Part shown: positions 1 through 15,796 of the stretch, piece by piece
Numbering within the stretch: position 1 is the first letter of the stretch
Layout of the letters: each line of letters starts with the position of its first letter
From: Sphaerodactylus townsendi
Lineage: Eukaryota
Length of the DNA stretch: 64,000 bases
Reading direction: 5' to 3'
Assembly: GCF_021028975.2 (NCBI RefSeq)
Contig: NC_059438.1
Span: 25,296,001 to 25,360,000, forward strand
Made by a program: the position numbers and the translations under genes
The notes under the pieces: model-generated
Database searches by the model: none
Told to the model about the DNA's origin: nothing
The model's input: the letters and a program-made list of their open reading frames with translations, nothing else

Positions 1-827
1 CAGCTCAGGCCTGGGTAATAACCGCTGAGGGGTTCCTGGGGTCACCGAGGCTCTGGCCACAGGGGAAAGGAGGGGAAGGGAGGGGGCCACCTCCCCAGAG
101 GCCCTGGCGTGACCCCCGCAGCTGCCTTCTACTGAGTCCGGTCCTCAGTCCATCAAGGGCATGTTGGCTACTCAGACCAGGGTCACGTGAAGCCGCCTTG
201 TGCATCAGCTGTTTTTTGCAATGGCTGCACTCTCACGGTGACTCTGGCCAGGCAGAAGGCTGGGATATGAATGTAGTAGACATAAAGACATCCTGGTGCA
301 GAGAGCCACAGAGGCGTGCCCACCGAAGCATCGTGGAACCTGGGAAAGTGACTGACTGGCGGCTGCCTAGAAAGCCCTTGCCACAATTGGCAGGGCCGCG
401 TGCGCAGTGACCCATTCTCCGTGAGGCAGGTGGCCCTGTGAGGGGTTGGGAACTAAGCACTGTGAGCAAGGTTGCAGCCGCTGGACTCAGCTGCTGCCTC
501 TGCACAAAGGACTGCTGCTTCCTTCTCCAGAGCTGCTAGAGGCAAGGCGGCGCTGCTTGAAGCTGGGAAAGGAGAGACCCCTCTCCCCACCTGCCCAGAC
601 CGGAGTACGCTCTCCCCGCCCCCACTTAGGTGGTTCCATGTTGTCCAGAAAAAAGCTCAGGGAAAGGGCTTGAAACCACATCCGCCGGGGAGCCCATGGA
701 TGCCTTGGTGCCCATGCACAGCCCTTCTATTGCCCAGGTGTTTTTGGACAGCAGGCAGGGTCAGCTGGAGCTTCTGCCCAGTAAGGATTCTGATTGGCTG
801 CACAGATTTTTAAAAGGGTTGTTTTGA

Positions 828-6445
<5,618 letters not shown>

Positions 6446-6637
6446 ACAAGCAGGAGGGACCAGACGGGGGGGGGTGTGTGTGTGTGTGTGTGTGTATGTG
6501 TGTGTGTGGAGGGGGTTGGCCTTGCAGGCTGGGGTGCCGGATGTCAGAGCAGTTGGTCTGGAGCTCTGCTCCTGCGGCCTCTGTTTGGGGCACGGAGTGG
6601 CAGCAACGTGGTGGCTACTTCTGGTATTGACTACAGC

Positions 6638-6643
6638 AATAAA
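6638..6643 (+). terminator. TANGO6 polyadenylation signal AATAAA
   Basis: First AATAAA after the TANGO6 stop (~190 nt downstream), just before the HAS3 CpG island. Confidence 0.7.
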
Positions 6644-7049
6644 CATGACTGAGAAAACCATCTCCTGTGGACACCCTGGGTCTCTGTCCTGCAGAGGGGC
6701 TGCGAGTGGAGGGAAGCAGCAGGGCCAGTGGGGAGGGGGGGCGGTTCCGCCATCTTTGCTCAGGGGCTGTGGCTTTGGCCCCCTCCTTTGCATGAAGCGT
6801 AGGCTGTGCTGGAGCGTTCAGTTCCCCCTAAGAGCCTGCCCCTCACCCCGCCAGGGCCCTGGAGACTGGCAAAGGGGGGGCCCTGTGGGTCCAGGCTGGT
6901 CTCCTGCCGCTGGACCTGGGCAGGACCGCCTCCCCCCACCCTGGGAGCAGAGCCCCCTCCATTCCTCACCACTGGGGCAACTCCCAAGGCCCCCTCCCAG
7001 GGAAAAGCTCTGCAGTCCGGGCGGCAAAGGGGGCTTTGCTGAGCCTGGG

Positions 7050-9260
7050 GGGGGGGGGGTCTGGTGCTCAGCACCCGCCTCTAGTCCCGGCGGGGGCTCT
7101 AGGCTGAGAGCGGCGGCGGGGAAGGTGGTGCTGCGCACCTGGCATTGTCCTCGGCGGCTGCAGCACGTGGCCCTCCCGGCGCGGGGGGGCGGGCGCGGCT
7201 CTGCTGGCGGCACCGGGGCAAAGGAGCGTGGCGAGCTGTGGGCGGGCGGGGGTAGCCCGACCGCCGCCTCCTCTCCCCCCCCCCCCCCACTGCCGGCTGG
7301 CCGCGAGTCGAGCCAGGCCCCGCCGAGAGACGCCGTCGCCCCTCCGCCGCCCAAGGTAAAGCGCCATCGAGCCCCGGCAGCCCGACCGGCCGGCTTGCAG
7401 CGCGCCTGGCGCCCGGGCGGGGGTTTACTGTAGCCGGCTCGGCCCGGGCCCCCACTGGCCGGAGGAGCCCAGCTCAAGGCCAGCGCCGAGGGCGAGCGCT
7501 TAAGGAAGCGGACCCGGCCGGGGAGAAGAGTTGGCCGGCCGGCCGGGGCAGCCGCTCCGGAGCCCCCCCTCCCCCCGCACACCCCGGGCCGAGAGCTTCC
7601 CTTCGGGCCGTCTGTGCGGGGCAGCGGCGTGCCTTGCCGGAGATACCTGGAAAACGGGGGGGGGGGTCGCAGAGGCGGTGCAGGAGGCAGCTCCCCCCTC
7701 CACCCGAGAGCGCGTGGATTGCGGCCCGTCTTTGCCGCGGCGGCGGACGGCGGGGCTCTGTCCTGCCGGTCGCGGCGGTGCCCCCTGGCTGTGTCCGGCG
7801 GGCTCGGCAACCGGCAGGCCCTTCTGGCGGGACACCGGCGGAGGGGGCGGGGACGCGGGAGGGGAGGGGAGGGCTGTGCAGTGGCAGGAGCCGCCTCCGG
7901 CGCCAGGCAGGTCCCGCTGGAAGCGGGGGGCACCCGACGAGCCTCGCTGCGCCACACACCAGGCGCTCCGGGGGAGCCACGGCTGGGCAGAGGGGGCTGC
8001 CCGGTGGGGGGGGAGGAATAGAGGGAGAGACAGGTGCGCGGCGGCCCCGCCCCCTCCCTGCAGCCCGGCTGCTCCTCCGCCCCCGCCCAGCCCGGAGAGG
8101 AGCCGGCCGGGCGGGCTCTCATCTTTTATTCAACGGCAGGCACGGCAAGTCCGCGCCGGGGAACTTGAGCCGAGCGCGCGTCCCGGCTGGCTGCCCGCGT
8201 CGGTCCTGCGGGCGGCGGGGGGAGTCTGGCTGCCGGCCAAGGCGTGCTGGGCTCCACCGCCCGGGCCCGGTTGAGGGAAGCGGGCAGCCTTGGACTCCCC
8301 GCTGCCCGGCAGTGCGACGGGCAACAGCCCCGTCGGGGCAGGGCCCTGAGTCCTGTCCTGCCGGAGGTCTGCCAGGAGGCGGGCGGGCGGGCGACCTGGG
8401 GGGCCCTTCGCGTGTGTGTGCAGGGGCTTCTCTTGCTGCGCCCTCCCCGTCGGGGCTGGCCTCCGTCCTGTCTCGGGCGGCAGAGGGGCCGGGAGGGAGC
8501 GGTGCGCCTTGGTGGCAGCCGGGTAGGGGAAGCGGGCCGCCCCGTCGTGGCTGGGCTGGGCCGGGCCGTGAGGCGGCGGCGGCCGAGGCGGGGCACGTGT
8601 GCCGGTCTTCTTGCCGCAGATGGCCGGGCGGCTGGCGGCGGGGCTGCGCGTGGCGGGGACCGGGCTGTTCGCGGGGGCGGTGCTGGGCGGGCTGGTGGCG
8701 GCCTACGTGACGGGCTGGCAGCTCATCCGCACGGAGCAGCAGCACCTGTCCTTCGGGCTGTACGGCGCGGCGCTGGGCCTGCACCTGTGCGCCCAGGGCC
8801 TCTTCGCCTTCCTGGAGCACCGCCGCATGCGCCGCCCGCCCGCCCCGTCGGCCCCCACCGCTGCCGCCGCCGCCTCGGTGGCGCTGTGCATCGCCGCCTT
8901 CCAGGAGGACCCGGCCTACCTGCGCCAGTGCCTGCGCTCGGTGCGCCGCCTGTCCTGGCCGGGCCTGCGCGTGGTGCTGGTGGTGGACGGCAACGGGCCC
9001 GAGGACGCCTACATGCGCGACATCTTCCACGAGGAGCTGGGCAGCGCCGCCGCCTCCTACCGCTGGGCCGGCAACTTCCACGCGCCCGCCCCGCGCCAGG
9101 CCGCCCACGCCGCCCGCCACGTCGAGGCCCTGGTGCGCCGACACGCCTACGTCTGCATCCTGCAGCAGTGGGGCGGCAAGCGCGAGGTCATGTACACCGC
9201 CTTCCGCGCCCTGGGCCGCTCCGTCGACTACGTGCAGGTGCGCCCCACCGAGCAAGGCTG
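7050..9260. promoter_or_regulatory. CpG island: HAS3 promoter, non-coding first exon(s) and first coding exon
   Basis: Very high GC and CpG density with many GC boxes. The HAS3 ATG sits immediately behind a 3' splice site, so an upstream non-coding exon should lie in this island. Confidence 0.85.
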
Positions 9261-11087
9261 GACAGCCGAGGCCCCCCCACCGAAAACTTCTTCCCCAGGG
9301 AGTCCTCTTCCCCGTGGGGGCAAGGTGGGGCCTCCCTAGTGGCCTCCCCTGCAGGGGTGCTGCTTTGGGGGCTCACTTCGCGTTGTGCAGCTGGCCCGAG
9401 CTGGGGGTCCACCAGCCCAGCCCTAGGTCCGGCTCTGGGGTAGAGGGGCGCCTGCCTGCCTGCCTGCTAGGATGCTTCTGCCTTGAGGAGGGGGGGGAGT
9501 GAGAGGGGAGACGCCTGGAGGCGCCGAGTCCCCTGGCCTTGCCATGGTTGTGGGGGGGTTGTCCCCCTCCCTCCCTCCCTCCCTTCCTGCTTGCCTTGCT
9601 TGTGCCGAGGGCATGCTCCCTTCTGCACAGGCCAGGGCTGGGGGAGGCCAGTCACAGGGCAGGTGGATGGCGTGTTGGGTGCCCCCACCCCTCCTTCTCC
9701 CTGGGAAAGGGCCAGGCAGGCAGGGGGGCCCTCCTGCACAGACACTCACAGGCAGCCAAGGTCTGGGATGGGAAGAGCCCCCTGGCTCTCCCTGGCTGGC
9801 CTCATCTTGCCTGGACTTCTTTCTTCTCCCTTGGAAGGGGGAGGGGAGGCACCCAGCTGAGAGAGTCTCTCCCCCCTGTTCCTGCCAGGTGTGTGACTCG
9901 GACACTGTCTTGGATCCAGCCTGCACCGCAGAGATGCTTCGCATCTTGGAAGAGGATCCCCGCGTGGGCGGAGTTGGGGGAGACGTGCAGGTGAAGCTTG
10001 GCGAAGGGGGGGGGGAGGGGGGCTCTTGCTGAGTTCCACCTGCTGGGCCTCCTGGCAGCACCCCGTGGAAAGGGCTGAGATGGGAGCCGGTGCATGCAGA
10101 GAGGCGCAGAAACCCTCCTTCCAATAGCCCTCCTCCTCCTCCTCCTCCTCCTCTTCTCTCCAGATCCTGAACAAGTACGACTCGTGGATCTCCTTCCTCA
10201 GCAGCGTGCGCTACTGGATGGCGTTCAACGTGGAGCGGGCCTGTCAGTCCTACTTTGGCTGCGTGCAGTGCATCAGCGGGCCCCTGGGCATGTATCGCAA
10301 CACGCTGCTGCAGCACTTCTTGGAGGACTGGTACAACCAGACGTTCTTGGGCAGCAAGTGCAGCTTCGGAGACGACCGGCACCTCACCAACCGCGTCTTG
10401 AGCCTGGGCTACCGGACCAAGTACACGGCCCGCTCCAAGTGCCTGACCGAGACGCCCGCCAGATACCTCCGCTGGCTTAACCAGCAGACCCGCTGGAGCA
10501 AGTCCTACTTCCGGGAATGGCTCTACAGCGCCCTCTGGTTCCACAAGCACCACCTCTGGATGACCTACGAGTCGGTGGTGACGGGCTTCTTCCCCTTCTT
10601 CCTCATCGCCACCGTCATCCAGCTGTTCTATCGCGGCCGGATCTGGAACATTCTCCTCTTCCTGCTGACGGTGCAGCTGGTGGGCATCCTCAAAGCCGCC
10701 TACGCCTGCTTCCTCCGCGGCAACACCGAGATGATCTTCATGTCGCTCTACTCCCTGCTGTACATGTCCAGCCTGCTGCCGGCCAAGATGTTTGCCATCG
10801 CCACCATCACCAAGTCCAGCTGGGGCACCTCTGGCCGCAGGACCATCGTGGTCAACTTCATCGGCCTCATCCCCGTCTCCATCTGGGTGGCCGTGCTGCT
10901 GGGGGGGCTGGCCTACACGGCCTACTGCCAAGAACTCTTCACGGACACAGAGCTGGCTTTCCTCATTGCAGGAGCCATCTTGTACGCCTGCTACTGGGTG
11001 GCGCTGCTCACCCTCTACCTGGCGGTTGTGGCCCGGCGCTGCAGCAAGCCCCAGGAGAACTGCAGCTTGACCTTCCTGGAGGTGTGA
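8620..11087 (+). CDS. HAS3: Hyaluronan synthase 3 (547 aa)
   Basis: Coding exons 8620-9237, 9889-9990 and 10164-11087 (TGA), all phase 0. GT2 synthase motifs [31 protein letters not shown] and QQTRW, plus C-terminal TM helices. The HAS3-type N-terminus and synteny identify the paralogue. Confidence 0.97.
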
Positions 11088-14000
11088 TTGGAGGAAGGGG
11101 GCTAGCGGTGAGCCCCTGCCTCGGGGAGGGTCTCTAGGAGGGCTGGTCCTTCCTGCCTGGGAGTGCTGTTCAGGGAAGAAGATTCGCCCAGGAAACAGGC
11201 CGATGTGCTCCAGGGAACAGGATCTAGCAGGGCTCTTCTTAGTGCCTCTGTCAGAACTTTACGGAACAGGGTCTTTCTAGGGAACACAAGAGCCCCACAG
11301 GCTCTTGGGAAAACGCAGCTCCAGGAGTCCTTCTAATTCTATGCAAATGCCACAACCCTCAGGATTACACTGGCCCGGCCAGGGCAAGGTGTGACCGCCT
11401 CTCGTGTGAACTTGGCAGAAGGCTGTCTGGGGACCTCTCATCCCTGCCTAGCACAATAGATCCCATTGGGTGGCCTGTTGAGGAGGCCCTTCTAAGCCTG
11501 CCAGCCTCTCTGCCCAGTCTAGCACCTGCTCGGGGATCTGCTTCCCCTCTGAGGCTGCCCTTCTACTCATAGGGGAGGGCTTGACCACCAGGAGGAAGCC
11601 AAAGGGTAGGCAGGGCTGAACCTTTGTTCCTTCTGCGGGATGCTCTGGAGGGACGCTTGCGGAGGGAGGTTGGGGTGTGTGGAGGCTCTTTGCCCAGATC
11701 AGGAGTCCTCTGTTGGCCAAAGAGTGTCTCTCTCTCTCCCTCTCTTCTGTACACCAAAAAACCTCACAAGCTGAATCCAGCATGTCCCAGTGGGATCTTT
11801 TCTGGGGCTGATGGTGTGACGAGCGTATCTGCAGATCTGGACGGAGCGGCTGAAGAGTTTTAGCGACAGGGTGCTGTGTTCCTCCCTTGCAGTGTGTCCA
11901 GTTTCACTTGCCACCAAACAACCCACCACTGAATGGGGCTGGGCCCTGTTTTGTAACAGTTGGGTGGGGGCGGGGCTGAAGTTTCCACCAGAAGAGGGAG
12001 ACTGCTGGGCATTCAGGCTTTCCCCACCAGCAAGGAGAGATCCAATGCTGCATGGCCACCTCTCTCGAGGCTCAGCACGGGCCCTTCTGGGGCTTCTCTT
12101 GCAGACTGTCCCTCAGTGCTACTCCAGTGTGGCCATGTGACTTGGAGCAGGTTCTACCTGCTCAGCCCTGAGCCTTTGAAATGCATTGGAGAGCCTCCTC
12201 TTGCAAGATGGTGGATTTGTTGTGGAGGGTGGCTGGCTGGCTGGCTGATGGGCTTCTGGAGACATCTGGCACTAAGCCTTGTCCGGGGGCTAGTTCAGTG
12301 GCCCATGCCTGCTGCTGCTGGAAGCATTTCCTCCGTTCTGTTGCTTTCTGCTGGGCCAGCACGCTCAGCCTCTTGTGCTAGCAAGCCTGCTTATTTCCAG
12401 GGGAGGGGGGAGGGTTCGGTAAAATTTTGGATTCTTGATCCTCTCAGCCTTCAGCTCTTTTTGACAGAGGGAAAACAGCAAGTTTCTAAACATCGCGTTT
12501 TTCTACAAGTTTTGAAAGTTTTTGAAAGTTCACTGGACAACTGAGGGGCCTTGTCTCTGTGCTGCTCTTGCTAGGAGAAACAGAACTTCAAAGTCAAGAT
12601 TAGGAGTCCCAACTAAGGCATGCCAATGAAATGTAGGAAGGCGAATGTTGACATAATTTTATTGATCTGTACGGTTTAAGTTTCAGGTGCTGAATGTGCT
12701 CAGGATTTTGTATGCTCCAGATTTAGGACTTTTGTGCTTTTCAGGGGATGCAACCTACAGCTGTGCTGGAGTTTCCCACCAGTTTCTGACATCACGTTGA
12801 CTGAAGCTTCGTCACATATTTCTTCCTTCTCCAGTCCCTTTTAGATTGTGCTGGGGTGGGGAACCCACGGGCTGGAGGGGTCTTGCTAATGGCATCATCT
12901 CACTCATTTTGCCCAGGAAAATCTGTCATTCCTTTTAACCTGGCAGGTCTGGGCTGAGGGTAGCCACCAAGTGAGAAATGCTCTGCCATAATAGGCTGCT
13001 TCCTTCTACTGTGCAATGCAAGAGGCTATAACATACACATAGACACTCTTTGAACATACGCACAACTAGACAGCCTTCCCCCACTGCATTATTGTTTGAA
13101 ACAAACCAATCAGCCCAACCATTCCAGAAAGGTAGAAGTTCTGCAGGTGGTGTACATTGTGCACAGCTCATCAGCTTGTATTTTTGCTTAAAATGTGGAT
13201 GTGGGAGAGGAAGAGTGGATTTTGTTCAAATTATCATCTTATGAAAGAAGTCCCCCCTCCCCTGCCACAAAATTCCTCCGGGGCAGGGGCCTTACATCTT
13301 TTACCTTTTCTGTCTCTTGTTACAGACCCAGCAAACTGAGTCTTCAAATGGATGCTATTAATACCACTTACCCTTTTGAGCCGGTGCACTGAAAATGTCT
13401 TGCCTTGCAAATTAGATGGGGTCTTGTATTGGACACCAACAGGACAGTTTGCCCTGCTAGACGCTACTCTGGTCTGAGCCAAGACCAGCCTTGCTGCGGC
13501 CACTGGCCTTGGGCAACTCCCAGCCAGGCCAGAACCAGCTCTGCTACCCCCATCTCTAGGGAGGGGCAGAGATGTCTCCAAGAGGTAGTTTTTCTTAATT
13601 GAGCCATTCTGCTGTCTCTTACTTAAAACAAAAGTTTGTAGGAATTTTTGTACTTTTCTGTAACAACACTAGAGTTATTTGTAAACTTATCTATTTTTAC
13701 CCTCATCTAGACCCAGCCCAGAGTGGTCTGGTTAAGTATTTCCTACCTCAGGGAACACCTGCACAAGCTGGAAGGTCCATGTGCCCCCCACCCCCAGGTA
13801 CCACGTGCAATCTCCTCGTTAGCAAGAGAGTCCATTCATTTGGAAAGTTTGCGGCTCTGAACACTGCAGGCATCTGGACTAAAACCAGTTGGATTTGCAG
13901 GCAGGTGCCTCTCCTGCCAGATCAAATAGGGTAGTCAAGCTGGCGTGCGTGTGCCCACGTGTGCCCCAAATGAGCGCATTTGAAAGCTGGTGCAGCTCCC

Positions 14001-14364
14001 CCCCCCCCCCAGCACTGTGACAAAAGGTAGCGGTGGCTCCCACAATTCCCACAATTCCCACCTGCCTCTCCCCCCATCCTGGAAACGCTGCTTTTGCTGC
14101 TGCTTCCTCTACAGCCGGTGCTGGTCCCAGGCATGGGGGGGGGGGGGACGGGGGACGGGGACACACGAAGCTCCATGCCAAACTCTCTCTTTTATCTTAA
14201 TTGAGCCATTCTGCTGTCTCTTTACTTAAAACAAAATTTTGTAGGAATTTTTGTACTTTTCAGTAACGACACTATAGAGTTATTTGTAAACTTATTTATT
14301 TTATACCTTTTTTGTATTTTTTGAAAATGTCAAGGATTTTTTTTTTGTATTCTACGTTTGTTAC

Positions 14365-14370
14365 AATAAA
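14365..14370 (+). terminator. Probable HAS3 polyadenylation signal (3' UTR ~3.3 kb)
   Basis: AATAAA after a U-rich terminal segment and followed by GT-rich sequence. Confidence 0.65.
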
Positions 14371-14859
14371 ATATCTTGTTAAGACAGCTGTGTGCTTGTT
14401 TGGGTCCTCTCGGGTGCTCCCAAGAGCAGCAGAGAGAGGGCTGTTGGGAAAGGGAGAGAGTGGAAGAAAAGACGGGCCTCCTGGGCTTTCCTGCCAGCAG
14501 GTTCCTCTCCCTCCAAAGTCCTCCTGCCTGCTTCATGGCCACTCTTGGCGGCACAAGAATGGGTTCTGGGGAGGTTCCTTGGCACGGGTGAGAGGCTTGG
14601 CAGCCACCCCAGGCCCTGAGAGGTGTGTGTGTGTGTGTGGGGGGGGGGTGCAGCGCTCTGGCAAGGCAAGTCCAGATGTGTTTCCTCTTGGCAGAGGAGC
14701 CAGTCCACGTCAGGCTGGTCCAGGCCAGAGTCTCCAGCCTCTGGTTCTTGGAGGCCCAAGATCTGCGTTCCCGCTTGGGGGCGAAGGGCTCTGTGCCCGC
14801 GTGCGTGTCTCTCTGTGTGTTCGGGGGGGGGGGGGGTCCCGCGCTCTCCGCCGTCCGGC

Positions 14860-15470
14860 TCAGGCCTTCTTGGGCAGGTGGGTGATGATGGGCTTCGGGC
14901 GGGTCTTGAAGAGCAGCTTCTCGCGGACGAGGGCGCGGGCCACGTAGTGGGCGTGGGGGTCCTGGCCCGCCTTGGTGAGGACGGCCAGGGGCTTCTCCAG
15001 CCGCACCGCCTTCCCGTACAGGACGTGGTGGCCCAGCAGCAGCACCGGCCTGCCCTGCGGGGAAAGGCGCACCAGGGTCGGACGCGCGCGGGGAGGGAGG
15101 CAGGCAGGCAGGCAGGCAGGCGGGGCCAGCCGAGGAGGGGCCCGGGTGAGCTCTCCCCGCCGGAGAGGAGAGGGGGCCCCGCCGCCCGCCCGCCCGCCCG
15201 GCCCCGCCCCAGTCGCTCACCTGGCAGGTGAAGTGGAGGTCCCCCAGCAAGCGCCCCGCCAGGCCGGCCCCGTCGCGGGCCTCCACGTGGCCCTGCAGCT
15301 CCACCAGCACCCACTCGGCCAGGCCGCCGCCCGCCCTGCAAGGAAGGCACAGCACAGCCAAGGCCAGGTCGGGGCTCCTTCACCTGCCCCCCCCCCCCCC
15401 CCCGGCCGCCCCCTCCGCTCCCCTCCCTCCCTCGCTCGCTCGCTCACCTGCAGAGCCGCAGCTGCACCAT
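14860..15470 (-). CDS. CHTF8: Chromosome transmission fidelity factor 8 (110 aa)
   Basis: Minus-strand exons 15470-15448 (MVQLRLC), 15335-15221 ([15 protein letters not shown]...LLGDLHF) and 15054-14860 ([15 protein letters not shown]...LEKP...[10 protein letters not shown]...KKA*), with canonical splice sites and consistent phases. Confidence 0.95.
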
Positions 15471-15796
15471 GTCCGGGGAGGCTCTCCGGCCAGCGCGGCC
15501 GGACACGCGTCTCTGCCCGTTCGCACCGGCCCAACTTCCCGCCGCTGGTACCCCGCTTCCGCCCGCCCCCGGAAGGCCCGCCCCCTTCGCCGGGATTCCG
15601 CTTCCGGGGCCGGGGCCGACGCGCACGTGCGGACGCAGAGCAGGCGGCGGCGGGCGCTCGGTTGAGGAAGCCCCTCCCGGGTGGGGGCGGCTCCGGGGCT
15701 CCCCCCTCGAGCGGCGCGACCCAGCCGCGGCCTGCCGGGGCGGAGAGGGGCCGGGCGCGGGACCTGCTGGACCGGAGCCGCCGCCTCTGAGCCGCC
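15471..15796. promoter_or_regulatory. Bidirectional CpG-island promoter shared by CHTF8 and UTP4
   Basis: Only 326 bp between the two ATGs. ETS/GABP-type motifs CCGGAAG (15569-15575) and CTTCCGG (15601-15607), E-box CACGTG (15624-15629) and GC boxes. Confidence 0.85.

Noticed and set aside
6474-9443. Many long (250-430 aa) Pro/Gly/Arg/Ala-rich ORFs in the HAS3 island, with similar ones at 15.2-16.8 kb and 27.3-28.6 kb
   Set aside because: Stop-codon depletion in CpG islands and antisense shadows of real exons. No domain signal.
9423-10931. 502-aa minus-strand ORF
   Set aside because: Antisense shadow of the high-GC3 HAS3 exons.
14379-15383. Minus ORF beginning MKEPR, like the recalled N-terminus of mammalian DERPC
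   Set aside because: The start is a GTG inside CHTF8 intron 1, in the wrong position, and nothing after five residues resembles DERPC. Coincidence.
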